Positions 9,059 through 19,303 of a stretch of 64,000 nucleotides of DNA are shown here, one piece after another. Below the pieces are notes generated by a model. That model was not told where the DNA came from. It saw nothing but the letters and a program-made list of their open reading frames with translations, and made no database searches. A program made the translations under genes and the position numbers. The number at the start of each line of letters is the position of its first letter. The first letter of the stretch is position 1. The DNA is from Gemmatimonadaceae bacterium (GTDB taxonomy: Bacteria; Gemmatimonadota; Gemmatimonadetes; Gemmatimonadales; Gemmatimonadaceae): the NCBI GenBank assembly GCA_033763905.1, contig JANRJP010000072.1, positions 1 through 64,000 of the forward strand. Direction: 5' to 3'.

Positions 9059-9876
9059 CAGGACTCCGGCAAATGGCGCGCGCGAGGACGTCGGTGCAAC
9101 CAGACCAACGCGGAGAGCGCGACGACGGTGAGGAGGCGATCCGTCCAGAGAACGTACGGCCCGACGCGTCCGTCGAGCGCCAGCACCGCACCGCTCTCGA
9201 AGCGCCCCGACGGAATGAACGACGCCCAGAACCAGCCCGCGTGCAGGCCGGTGCCAAGCGCGATCCGCTGTGTGGCGATCCAGCACGTGGACAGTACGAC
9301 GCCGAGCGACCACAGGTAGACGAGCCGGCTCGGGTTCAGGGACTCGCCGATGCCGTGCATCAGCGCGAAGGCAGCGGCCACCACCGCGGCGGATGACGCA
9401 GGCCCCCAATGGGCGAGCAGGCGATGCGGAACGGCACGGCTCGTGATTTCCTCGAACGCCGCATTCCACCACGCGAGCACGACGCCGAGGAAGACGGCCG
9501 CACTGCTCATCTCCGGTGGGCGCCACGACACCACGCGGGCGTCCCCCTGGCCGATGGCAAGCAGCCACGGCGCCGCGTTGCACGCCGCGCCAAGCACGAA
9601 TCCACCAACGAAAACGGCTGGCGCCCCGCGCCACGCGGCTCCCCGTGCGTCCCCTCGGACGCGCTCGGCGAAACGCAGGCTGGCCCAGCACAGTGCGCCG
9701 GTGACGCACGCATACACCACGAGATCCCCGCCCGTTGGCGTGTCCGCGAGTCCTCGTAACGTCCGGCCGGTCAACCGGTGCAGGAGCTGCATCGCGGACC
9801 CGAGGACGAGGACCAGCCCGCACTGCTGGGCGAGCAGCGCCGCGACGGGAATCCAGCGGGCAGGGATGGACGCCAT
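9058..9876 (-). CDS. CPBP (Abi/CAAX-protease family) intramembrane glutamic endopeptidase
   Basis: Multiple TM segments; AFEEITSR, FALMH, LHAGW motifs. Confidence 0.8.
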   Translation of the reverse strand: MASIPARWIPVAALLAQQCGLVLVLGSAMQLLHRLTGRTLRGLADTPTGGDLVVYACVTGALCWASLRFAERVRGDARGAAWRGAPAVFVGGFVLGAACNAAPWLLAIGQGDARVVSWRPPEMSSAAVFLGVVLAWWNAAFEEITSRAVPHRLLAHWGPASSAAVVAAAFALMHGIGESLNPSRLVYLWSLGVVLSTCWIATQRIALGTGLHAGWFWASFIPSGRFESGAVLALDGRVGPYVLWTDRLLTVVALSALVWLHRRPRARHLPES

Positions 9877-9877
9877 G

Positions 9878-9891
9878 TAGACTTGAGTCTA
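9878..9891. promoter_or_regulatory. Probable TetR operator palindrome TAGAC-TTGA-GTCTA
   Basis: 5-bp-arm inverted repeat in the AT-rich 28-bp gap between divergent CPBP and TetR genes. Confidence 0.7.
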
Positions 9892-9904
9892 ATTTCAATG
9901 CCGT

Positions 9905-10498
9905 ATGCCGCAAGCCACCCCCGCCCGCCAACGCCGGCACGACGCCATTCTGGACGCCGCCGCCCGCTGCCTGGTCCGTGACGGGCTCGACGGCACCACG
10001 ATGGAGGCGATCGCACTGGAGGCAGGCGTCTCGCGAGCGACGGTCTTTAATCACGTCTCCGGCAAGCACGGCTTGCTGACCGCTCTGTACGACCGGCAAC
10101 TCGCACGACTTGATGCGCAGCTCTCCCGCTCGCCCGCGCGTGGGCCACTCGCTGCGCAGCTTCGGTGGTACTTCACGACGGCCGAGGCCGTCCTGCGAGC
10201 CGATGGTGCGTTGACGCCGCTCCTCGTCCGGGAGGTCCTCCGCGATCCCGTCCTGCTGGAGCGTGACCTGACGCACGGCCAGTCGGCACGGCACGAGCTC
10301 GTGCGCATCGTTCGCGAGGCTCGCGCCGTTGGCGTCCTGCGACGCGATGTCCCGACCACCGAGATCGTCGTCGCCTTGATGGACATCTGGTCCGCGACGC
10401 TCATTCCGTGGGCAGCCGCAGGCGCCAGCGGCCCGCTCGCGCGGACGGTCCTCCGCAAGGTACGCCTGCTGCTTGACGGCCTTGGCTCTCACGCGTAA
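9905..10498 (+). CDS. TetR/AcrR-family transcriptional regulator
   Basis: ILDAAARCLVRDGLDGTTMEAIALEAGVSRATVFNHVSGKHGLL HTH. Confidence 0.92.
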   Translation: MPQATPARQRRHDAILDAAARCLVRDGLDGTTMEAIALEAGVSRATVFNHVSGKHGLLTALYDRQLARLDAQLSRSPARGPLAAQLRWYFTTAEAVLRADGALTPLLVREVLRDPVLLERDLTHGQSARHELVRIVREARAVGVLRRDVPTTEIVVALMDIWSATLIPWAAAGASGPLARTVLRKVRLLLDGLGSHA

Positions 10499-10551
10499 CT
10501 GCCGCCCGAACAGATCGATCGTTCGGCGGCCGCGGCCCGCTATTCTTCAGT

Positions 10552-11982
10552 GTGATTCCGCTCGCCCCCGCACCGGACGCGACCGAACGTCCGGCACGCT
10601 TCCCCACCCCCTTCGACCGCAAGGCCCTGCATCCGCTCGCCCGTCAGGCGGCAGAGGCGTTGATGGCCGAGCTGGCGCGGGACTACGCCCACAGGTGGCG
10701 CCTGCACGATCCGGGCAATGGCAAGATGTTCGGCGTACTCGTCGTGGCGTCACCGCACGGCAGGCTCGGCTACCTGCGCGCCTTCTCGGGAATGATCGAT
10801 GGGCAGTGGCAGGTAGACGGCTGGGCGCCACCGACGTTTGATCAGGACGCGCGCGACATCGTGTGGGGGCCGGGGGAGGCAGAGATGCTGGCATTCAGCG
10901 CGCAGCGCGCCGGGTTGCTCGAGGCACTTTCCGGTGATGCGACGAGCGCCGAGGCCGACCGCGTGCGGGCCCGCGTGCGCGCGCTCGATACCGCGCGCAC
11001 CGCGAGGTCACGCGTGCTGCTCGCGCAGATTCAGGACGCGTACCGCTTTGCGAATGCGCGGGGCACGGTGCGCGCGCTCCGAGACATCTTCGCTCCAGCG
11101 GAGCCGCCCGCCGGCGCTGGCGACTGCGCCGCGCCCAAGCTCTTGGCACAGGCCTACGCGCTGGGGCTCACGCCAGTAGCGCTCGCGGAATTCTGGTGGG
11201 GCGCCCTATCGAGCACCGGCGACCGGCGTGAGGGCGTCTTCTACGCGGCGTGTCGCGGCAAGTGCTTGCCGATTCTCACGCATATGCTCGATGGACTCCC
11301 GGCCGATCCTCCGCCGCTGTTCGGCGCGGCCGCGTTTGGCGCGGACGAACCCGCGGTGTTGTACGAGGATGCCCATCTTCTGGTGGTCAACAAGCCCACC
11401 GGGATGCTCACCGTGCCGGGACGCAGCGCGGCGTTGCACGATTGCGCGGTCTCTCGTCTACGCGCCCGGTACCCGGACGCCACGGGTCCGCTGGCGGTCC
11501 ATCGACTCGACTTGGATACGTCGGGACTGCTCCTGGTGGCCAAGTCGCTCGACGTGGCCAAGGCGCTGCAGCGCTTGTTCTCGCTCCGGGAGATCGAGAA
11601 GCACTACGTCGCGTGGCTGGATGGTCGTGTCGCGGGCGAGCACGGACACGTCACGTTGCCGCTCCGCGTGGACATCGACGACCGCCCGCGCAACATCCAC
11701 GACCCCGTGCACGGCAAGCCGGCGCATACGGAGTGGCGCGTGCTGGTCCGCGAGGGCAACCGCACGCGCGTGCAGTTCACGCCGCACACGGGACGGTCGC
11801 ATCAACTCCGGGTCCACGCGGCACACCCCGACGGTCTCGACGCCCCGATCGTCGGTGACCGCCTCTACGGCCGTACGTCACCGAATGACGACGACCGTTT
11901 GCTGCTGCACGCGGAGCGCTTGGCGTTCGTGCATCCCGTGACGGGGGCGCGCGTGGTGGTGGACGCGCCGGCACCGTTCTGA
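10552..11982 (+). CDS. RluA-family pseudouridine synthase, long form with Cys-containing N-terminal domain
   Basis: VNKPTGML, VHRLDLDTSG (catalytic Asp), TGRSHQLRVH, PIVGDRLYG, LLLHAERL. Confidence 0.93.
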   Translation: MIPLAPAPDATERPARFPTPFDRKALHPLARQAAEALMAELARDYAHRWRLHDPGNGKMFGVLVVASPHGRLGYLRAFSGMIDGQWQVDGWAPPTFDQDARDIVWGPGEAEMLAFSAQRAGLLEALSGDATSAEADRVRARVRALDTARTARSRVLLAQIQDAYRFANARGTVRALRDIFAPAEPPAGAGDCAAPKLLAQAYALGLTPVALAEFWWGALSSTGDRREGVFYAACRGKCLPILTHMLDGLPADPPPLFGAAAFGADEPAVLYEDAHLLVVNKPTGMLTVPGRSAALHDCAVSRLRARYPDATGPLAVHRLDLDTSGLLLVAKSLDVAKALQRLFSLREIEKHYVAWLDGRVAGEHGHVTLPLRVDIDDRPRNIHDPVHGKPAHTEWRVLVREGNRTRVQFTPHTGRSHQLRVHAAHPDGLDAPIVGDRLYGRTSPNDDDRLLLHAERLAFVHPVTGARVVVDAPAPF

Positions 11983-12845
11983 TGGTGCTCTCGACCGCGG
12001 AGTGGCAGGCACGTGCCGCGACCCACTTCGCGCGCATCCAGCCCTACACGGCGCCCCGTCGAGCGCGTCGTGCGCGCGGCGAGTCGCACCCGGTACACGA
12101 CTTTCTCTTCACCTACTACCACTACTCGGCGGGGCGCCTCGAGTCGTGGCACCCGGCACCGGGTGAGGCGATCGAGGACAGCGAGGTGGCACGCGCGCGC
12201 TTTCGTGCGCCCGCGTATTCCGTTGTCGGCGGTGCGATCGTGCGGCGGCCCGGCGACATTCCTGCAGGGAAGCGCGACGCGCTCGTGCGGACGCGCGCGT
12301 TACTCGCCGCGACGCGGGATCGGCCCGCGCACTTCGGGTGCTACGGCCTGCACGAGTGGGCAATGGTCTACGGCGGCCACGAGATTCGTCACGCCGGCGT
12401 GGCACCGCTACGGCTACCGCAGGCCGAGATCGACGCACTCGTGGACAGCCGCCCGATCGCGTGCAGTCACTTCGATGCGTTCCGCTTCTTTGCGCCGGCG
12501 GCCAAGCCGCGCAATCGATTGCCGATCGTCTGGGAAACGCGCGACAGCTTGGAGCAACCGGGCTGCATTCACGCCAATATGGATCTGTACCGTTGGGCCT
12601 TCACGGGGATGCCGTGGGTGGGAAGCGACCTCCTCGCGGACTGCTTTGCGCTCGCGATGGAGCTCCGCGACCTCGATATGCAGGCGGGCCCCTACGACCT
12701 CCGCGCGTTCGGTGTCGCGCCGCTGTGCATCGAGACGCCGGAGGGCCGGGACGAGTACGCGCGTCGTCAGCGCGAACTCAGCCAGCGCGCGAGCGGCCTT
12801 CGCGCGCAGCTGATCGAGGCCATCGACCGATCGCTGGCTGACTAG
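11982..12845 (+). CDS. Conserved protein with Cys/His motifs (family often labelled 3-methyladenine DNA glycosylase; function not verified)
   Basis: HPVHDFLFTYY, GCYGLHEWAMVY, CSHFDAFRFF, EQPGCIHANMDLYRW; TGATG coupling to the RluA gene. Confidence 0.75.
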   Translation: MVLSTAEWQARAATHFARIQPYTAPRRARRARGESHPVHDFLFTYYHYSAGRLESWHPAPGEAIEDSEVARARFRAPAYSVVGGAIVRRPGDIPAGKRDALVRTRALLAATRDRPAHFGCYGLHEWAMVYGGHEIRHAGVAPLRLPQAEIDALVDSRPIACSHFDAFRFFAPAAKPRNRLPIVWETRDSLEQPGCIHANMDLYRWAFTGMPWVGSDLLADCFALAMELRDLDMQAGPYDLRAFGVAPLCIETPEGRDEYARRQRELSQRASGLRAQLIEAIDRSLAD

Positions 12846-13276
12846 CGTCGTTCGGCACCGGCCGAGCACTCGACCGTCCATTCGATACCGTACTTGTCAC
12901 GGAACATCGCGAACGCTCCGCCCCACGGACTTTCACCCAAGGGCATCTCGACCGTTCCACCAGCGGACAATCCCGCGACGATGCGGTCGGCCTCTGCGTA
13001 GCTCTCCGCGACCACGGCGATCTTGGAGCGGTTCTCGTTCTCGCTCACGCGGCCCATACTCTCGGGAACGTCATTCGCCCGCAGCACGGTAGGACCAATC
13101 GGCAGCTCGATCAGCATCAGCTTGTCTGCTTCGTGCGCGGGTACCACGAAGTCGGCGCTGGCCAACTCCTTGAAGCGCACGATCCGCGAAAACGCTCCTC
13201 CGAACACCGACCGGTAGAAGGTGAACGCCTCTTCGGCGTTGCCATTGAAGTTGATGTACGGATTGATGGTCGGCAC
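12842..13276 (-). CDS. VOC family protein (PhnB-like)
   Basis: INPYINFNGNAEEAFTFYRSVFGG ... WGGAFAMFRDKYGIEW; start GTG 13276. Confidence 0.9.
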   Translation of the reverse strand: MPTINPYINFNGNAEEAFTFYRSVFGGAFSRIVRFKELASADFVVPAHEADKLMLIELPIGPTVLRANDVPESMGRVSENENRSKIAVVAESYAEADRIVAGLSAGGTVEMPLGESPWGGAFAMFRDKYGIEWTVECSAGAERR

Positions 13277-13499
13277 TGGACGCTCGAATTCGGGGAGGGC
13301 CGGCGGCGTGGGGAGTCGCGAGGACGCACGCGACGCGAGTGAGACGTCAGGAAGGAAGCACCTCTTCGGCAGTTGGCGCAACTCGCTAGCCGACGCCGTG
13401 GCGGTCTCGGCGGCTCCGTGTTCAATTCACGGTGTCACCCGTCGTCGGGAGGCCCGTGGGGTGCCTCATTCGACGTTGGCCCGCACGTTCACACGCCTG

Positions 13500-14027
13500 A
13501 TGCTTTCTGCGCCTCGTCGTCCGCAAGTCTCAGTCCTCGGCAGCGCCGAGCCCGGTTCAGCCGCATTTGAACGCGCGGGTGAGGCTGGCACATTGCTCGC
13601 GACGCTTGGGATCACGGTCGTCAGTGGATGCGGTAGTCCGGCCACGCGAGTGGCGGCGGAGCGTGCGATCGCCGCGAAGGGGCTGGTGTTGAGCATCGTG
13701 CCGCCGGACCAGATGCCGGCACCGGACTGGCCCGCGACGGTGGTCGTCCCGTGCGGGATGGGGGATGCGCGCAATCTGCTGATGGCGCTATCGGGAGACG
13801 CCTGCATCGTCATCGGCGGACGCGCGGGCACGATCTCGGAGGTGTGTCTCGCGTGGTTGCACAAGCGTCCCTTGTTGCCGCTCGTGGGTTGCGGCGGATG
13901 GTCCGACGGGTTGCTCGACCATCCTCCGGATGAGCGGCAGAATTCGCCGATCCTTCCGTGGTCGAACGTGTTGGAGCTTGAAGCACAGCTCCGCCACCTT
14001 GGCCTCGCGGTCGGATCAGCAGCGTGA
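13500..14027 (+). CDS. SLOG/LOG-superfamily protein (TIGR00725-like)
   Basis: VSVLGS, GMGDARNLLMALSGDACIVIGGRAGTISEV, GCGGWS. Confidence 0.8.
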   Translation: MLSAPRRPQVSVLGSAEPGSAAFERAGEAGTLLATLGITVVSGCGSPATRVAAERAIAAKGLVLSIVPPDQMPAPDWPATVVVPCGMGDARNLLMALSGDACIVIGGRAGTISEVCLAWLHKRPLLPLVGCGGWSDGLLDHPPDERQNSPILPWSNVLELEAQLRHLGLAVGSAA

Positions 14028-14094
14028 CGAGGCGGCCCCGCAGGTGAGCCGAGCCCCAGTGGCCGGCGGTGTGTGTCCACGGGGTTCACCGTCG

Positions 14095-14274
14095 ATGCTC
14101 AACGGCACGCGGGCCCCTGCACCGGTTGAGCTGATCGTAGGCCAGTCGTACCGGGTGCGGTTCATCAGCATTGGTGCGGCGACGCGCGCCACCTCCACGC
14201 CACCACCGGACGTCCAGCGCCGCCATCCATCCGAACGGTGCCGCCGAGCCGCTGAGGCTGGTGGTGCAGCGTGA
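14095..14274 (+). pseudogene. Possible multicopper-oxidase (cupredoxin domain 2) remnant
   Basis: MLNGTRAPAPVELIVGQSYRVRFISIG resembles the NG...G..YRLRLINI segment; similarity stops abruptly and no Cu ligands follow. Confidence 0.4.
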
Positions 14275-14376
14275 ATATTCCTTCCCACTCGCAAAGGCCA
14301 CGCGGCTCAAGTAGGCTTGTCGCGAGGCGTGGGCCAGCGAGACCTCGGCCCGTGCCAGACCCATTGCCTGACTCGG

Positions 14377-15171
<795 letters not shown>

Positions 15172-15193
15172 CGGAGGCCCGTATCGACGGGCG

Positions 15194-16624
15194 CTACAGC
15201 GGCTTCCGCCACTGCAGCAGGCCAGGCTCGGCGATGACGCGTTCGACGTCGGCAATCCGGCTCGGCACGAAACCGCTCAGGTTCTCGACCCCAGTCTCGG
15301 TGACCAGCGCGACATCCTCGATGCGGATGTAGAGCCGCTCCTCGGGAATCCAGATCATCGGGTCAATGGTGAAGACCATACCCGGCCGAAGCGGCACGCC
15401 GCGCACACGGCCAACGTCGTGCACCGCCATCCCGACGGGGTGCTGGAAATGCCCGCGGAACCGGACGCCCTCTTCCACCGCCTTGCGATGCGCCGGCGAG
15501 GCGAAGGTTCTGCCCGCGAGATACTGCCGCATATCCGCTGCCGCGCGATCGAGCACCTCATCCGACGTCACGCCCGGCTTCACATACTTGAACAGCGCAT
15601 CGCGGTAGGCGACGATGTACTCGTACAACGCAGCCTGCGCCGGCGTGTAGGTCCCACTCACCGGCCAGATGCGCGTCACGTCGCTGGTGTAGTAGCGGTA
15701 GTCGGGCGCGTAGTCCATCAGGACCAGATCGCCGGCTCTGAGCGGGTCCGTCTTGCGGAAGTAGTGGCCGAAGAACGCGTTCGTACCGCCGGCAATGATC
15801 GACGCATAGCCGTCGCCCCGCGCGCCGTTGGCAAAGAAGATGTACTTGGCCGCGGCATCCAGTTGATACTCGAACACGCCTGGGGCGGTGGATCGCATCG
15901 CCTCGATGATGCCCTGCCCCGCGAGTTGCGTTGCGGTGCGGATGAGCGCGATTTCGGCCGGACTCTTGATGAGCCGCATCGCGTCGAGTGTCGGCGACAG
16001 GTCGCGGACCTCGAACTGTGGGAATCGCTCCTTGACGAGGCGCACGAAGTGCGCCTCGCGCGACGGGCGACCATCCCACGGATCGCTGGCGGCGCGCGCC
16101 TGCCCCGCCAGCAGTTCATCGCGGCTGTCGTTGCCGACTTCCATCGGCGCGAGGGGCGTGAAGAGCGTCATCGCCGGCGGCCGAAGCAGATCCGCCCCCG
16201 CAAGATCCGCCGCCAGGTCGCCCAGCGCGCGAACACGCTCGATGCCGGTCAGCTGGCGCAGGAGCAGACTGTCTTCGACCGCCAGCACCTTGCCTTCGCC
16301 GGCTTCGCGCGCGGCGTCGCGATGCGGCAGATACAGGGTCGTCGTCCGACTCCGGCCGTTCATCAGCAGATAGGCGTGCGCCGACTCGACGCCACTCAGG
16401 TAGTAGAACTCGTTCGACTGGCGCATCACGCTGAAGCCGGGAACGCCCGGGGCACCCTGCACCACCGCGATCGCCGCCGAGCCGATGGCCTCGTACACGC
16501 GCGTGCGTCGTGCCGCGAGCTCGGTACTGGGGAAATCCGTCTGGTAGCCGTGCGCGGTCTGCGCTGCGGCTACCACCGGGAGGGCGAGCAGTGCGACCGA
16601 CCGCAGGAGCAGGCGCATAGACAT
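15194..16624 (-). CDS. Xaa-Pro aminopeptidase (M24B), exported
   Basis: RQSNEFYYLSG, MRLIKSPAEI, LMDYAPDYRYYTSDVTR, HPVGMAVHDVG, IRIED; signal peptide. Confidence 0.9.
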   Translation of the reverse strand: MSMRLLLRSVALLALPVVAAAQTAHGYQTDFPSTELAARRTRVYEAIGSAAIAVVQGAPGVPGFSVMRQSNEFYYLSGVESAHAYLLMNGRSRTTTLYLPHRDAAREAGEGKVLAVEDSLLLRQLTGIERVRALGDLAADLAGADLLRPPAMTLFTPLAPMEVGNDSRDELLAGQARAASDPWDGRPSREAHFVRLVKERFPQFEVRDLSPTLDAMRLIKSPAEIALIRTATQLAGQGIIEAMRSTAPGVFEYQLDAAAKYIFFANGARGDGYASIIAGGTNAFFGHYFRKTDPLRAGDLVLMDYAPDYRYYTSDVTRIWPVSGTYTPAQAALYEYIVAYRDALFKYVKPGVTSDEVLDRAAADMRQYLAGRTFASPAHRKAVEEGVRFRGHFQHPVGMAVHDVGRVRGVPLRPGMVFTIDPMIWIPEERLYIRIEDVALVTETGVENLSGFVPSRIADVERVIAEPGLLQWRKPL

Positions 16625-16757
16625 TGGCGACAAGGAAACGCAGCGCGCAGGAAGGACCGCAGTGATCCGCGGGCCGTGCCAAGGTACGACCCGCCCCGAC
16701 GGCCCGCCATCGGTCCGGCTATCGCGCGGCACCGTGCGCAGGCACACATTGGTCGAT

Positions 16758-17027
16758 ATGCATAAGCCCTCGACGCTCTCGCTTGATCAGGACGTCCGCA
16801 AGCAGGCCATCGTATCGATTCGCGGCTTCGTCACCTCAGAGCTGGAGCTTGACCTCAGCGACTTGCAGGCCACCCTGCTGCTCGATCACCTGCTCGCGGA
16901 CATCGGGCCGGCGATCTACAACCAGGCGGCGGCCGACGCGCGTCGCTTTGTCGAGGATCGAGCGGCGGACCTCGAAGCGGCACTGCAGAAGGCCGAGTTC
17001 CCGGTCTCTGGTCGCCGACGTCGGTAA
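16758..17027 (+). CDS. DUF2164-family small protein
   Basis: AIVSIRGFVTSEL...LLLDHLLADIGPAIYNQAAADA. Confidence 0.8.
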   Translation: MHKPSTLSLDQDVRKQAIVSIRGFVTSELELDLSDLQATLLLDHLLADIGPAIYNQAAADARRFVEDRAADLEAALQKAEFPVSGRRRR

Positions 17028-17062
17028 TCGGTGATGCGCCCCCGTACGAGCGAGCACCGCTG

Positions 17063-17497
17063 ATGCCCGTCGATCGCCTGCAGACTGAGGCGTGGCTCCT
17101 GCGAGGCATCAGCAGCATCCCGGGCCAGCTCCGACTGCGCTCGGGCTCGCTGTCATTCACCTGCACCGGCACCGGCACGGCGTGGCCGTTTCAGTTTCGC
17201 AAACTGGGCCGCGAGTTCGGTCAGCCGCGCATTGCCGAGTCGGTGCTGGCCGGCGAGCCCTTCGAACTGTTTCGCTGGCTCGCGACGGACGTGCACGCCC
17301 ACGCGCCGTGGTATTACTTCAGCGGCGGCATCAAGCTCTCGCATCAGGGCCGTCAACTTCGGTTCAGCTTCGGGCGACCCACGACGGGGCGTCGCGGCCT
17401 GGCGAACGCAGCCGCCGATTGGAAGGAAGCGAAGCTGATGCGAGGCCGAGGCAGGTTGTGGCTTGATGTGCTGACCGGCGCGGAGCGCGAGGTGTAG
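17063..17497 (+). CDS. Hypothetical protein
   Basis: Non-overlapping ORF with protein-like composition (AWLLRGISSIPG, PWYYFSGG). Confidence 0.6.
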   Translation: MPVDRLQTEAWLLRGISSIPGQLRLRSGSLSFTCTGTGTAWPFQFRKLGREFGQPRIAESVLAGEPFELFRWLATDVHAHAPWYYFSGGIKLSHQGRQLRFSFGRPTTGRRGLANAAADWKEAKLMRGRGRLWLDVLTGAEREV

Positions 17498-17521
17498 GCG
17501 CGTGGTGCACGCCGACAGACG

Positions 17522-17876
17522 TCACACCGGCTGGAACGCCGCAATCCCAGCCAAGAACAGCATCGCGATCACGTGCTCGGCGTAGGTACGACGCGTGGAC
17601 AGCAGGAACAGCGTGGCCAACGCGGCCTGCAGCAGCACCCCGCCAAAGCTCACGGCCGTGGAGATGGTCTCCATATGGCCGATCACGTTGGCTCTGGCCT
17701 CGGCGGGCGTCATCGTGCCCGAATCGCTCGCGATCTTGGCGGTGAGGTCGAGGAATGGCGCGTTGATCGCGTCCTGCGTCAGATCGTAGGCGCTCAGAGA
17801 GTGCACGGCCGACGTGACCAGATGGAGCCGCAGCGCTGCCACCCAGCGCGCGCGGCGAGATCAGCGATGCGGTCAT
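17522..17876 (-). pseudogene. Degraded DUF3667-like membrane protein remnant
   Basis: LRLHLVTSAV and RRTYAEHVI resemble DUF3667-family segments; N-terminal part (SLISPRAL) lies in another frame; no zinc-ribbon N-terminus. Confidence 0.45.
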
Positions 17877-17969
17877 TCGCGGGCGGCAATGGGCGACGGG
17901 TGGGCTACGGAACCAATGGCCTGGGTGCGCCCCCCGTTCGGCTAGGGTCTCCCCCCGTTGCTGAGCCTG

Positions 17970-18392
17970 CTATACGATCTGGACTCTGGTTGCGAGGCAC
18001 GCACGCCAGCGTCGCTCCAGCACGACGATCGTGACGGCGTAGACACCCACGATGACTGCGGGGATGACCACGAATTCCTGCGTCGGGTAGGCGAACCACG
18101 CGGCCGTGACCAGTAGCGACATCCCGACCGTCAGGAAGAACAGCTGATCGAAGGTGTTCTTTGGCCGGCGTCGATCGGCGAAGTGTTCGCCCGTAAATCG
18201 CGAAAGCAGCAAGCCGAGATAGACGATGGTTCCGGTCGCGATGAACAAGGCCCACGTCGCCTGCACCGGTGGTAGTACGAGACCGGCAATGCCGGCGGCC
18301 GTCCAGGCAATGGTCCCCGCCAGCGGCATTGCCAGCAGTCGTCGCGACGCGAACTCGTTGCGTTGCTCGTCCAACGAGCGTTCGTCGGTCAT
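17970..18392 (-). CDS. DUF7010-like membrane protein, apparently with an internal in-frame deletion
   Basis: SLDEQRNEF..LAMPLAGTIAW..FTGEHF..PKNTFDQLFF then directly LLVTAAWFAYP. Confidence 0.6.
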   Translation of the reverse strand: MTDERSLDEQRNEFASRRLLAMPLAGTIAWTAAGIAGLVLPPVQATWALFIATGTIVYLGLLLSRFTGEHFADRRRPKNTFDQLFFLTVGMSLLVTAAWFAYPTQEFVVIPAVIVGVYAVTIVVLERRWRACLATRVQIV

Positions 18393-18615
18393 CTGGCCCT
18401 TCGTCGGTGTGGCGGCCATTGCGGGAGACGCCGAGGCGAGCGCGAGCGCCATGGGCCGGTACGGCAGAGTCCTACGACGCAGGACCGACTTGGTTTCGCT
18501 TGCGGGAGACTACCGCGCCCAACAGACTCGGCCTTCGGCCAGCGTCACGCGCGCCGAGGGTTTGCACGCAGCCGCACTGGTGTGCGTGGCGGATACGGTC
18601 GTAGGTTCTCTCGCG

Positions 18616-19236
18616 ATGGTTGATCGTTCTGCGGGTTACGAAGCCGTTGCGGCCACCTTTGCCGTCGCGCGCGAGCAGCGAGCGATCGGTGCGAACGTCA
18701 TTGCCGAGTGGGCCGCCGCGCTTCCGGCAGCAGCCAATGTCCTGGACCTCGGCTGCGGCAGCGGCGTTCCAGTGACCCGTGTGCTTGCCGAGGCCGGCTG
18801 CACGGTCTGGGGAGTGGACGCCTCACCCACGCTTACAAGAGCTTTTGCCGAGCGATTCCCGCAGTTCCAGATCGCGTGTGCCGATGTCGTGGACCACGAC
18901 CTCTTCGGCCGGACCTTCGACGGTGTCCTCGCGATCGGTCTGGTGTTCCTGCTTGAAGCGCGGGAGCAGGACACGGTGCTTCGACGCGCTGCACAGGCAT
19001 TGGCACCCGGCGGTCGACTGCTCTTTACGGCGCCGCACGAGGCAGTGACGTGGCCCGATGTGCTGACCGGCCGCACGTCCGTTTCGCTTGGTGCCGTGGC
19101 GTACGAACGCGTGCTGAATGCGTGCGGCGTCGAGGTGGTCGCCACGCACCGCGACGATGGCGACAATCACTACTATGACGGCCGCGCCCGCGAGACATCT
19201 TCATTTTCCGCTCATCGTGACCTAATCCAGTGCTAA
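18616..19236 (+). CDS. Class I SAM-dependent methyltransferase
   Basis: VLDLGCGSG, GVDAS, LAPGGRLLFT. Confidence 0.9.
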   Translation: MVDRSAGYEAVAATFAVAREQRAIGANVIAEWAAALPAAANVLDLGCGSGVPVTRVLAEAGCTVWGVDASPTLTRAFAERFPQFQIACADVVDHDLFGRTFDGVLAIGLVFLLEAREQDTVLRRAAQALAPGGRLLFTAPHEAVTWPDVLTGRTSVSLGAVAYERVLNACGVEVVATHRDDGDNHYYDGRARETSSFSAHRDLIQC

Positions 19237-19303
19237 TCCGCCGGCGCTTGCCCGACGGGCGTCGCGGCTTGACCGTACGAGAGCCCCATCACCGGAGCTC
19301 ACG

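Noticed and set aside
13500..14027. SLOG protein as part of a defence system (Thoeris-like)
   Set aside because: Stand-alone TIGR00725-like gene with no TIR, sirtuin or effector neighbour; 23 kb from the Pycsar-like gene
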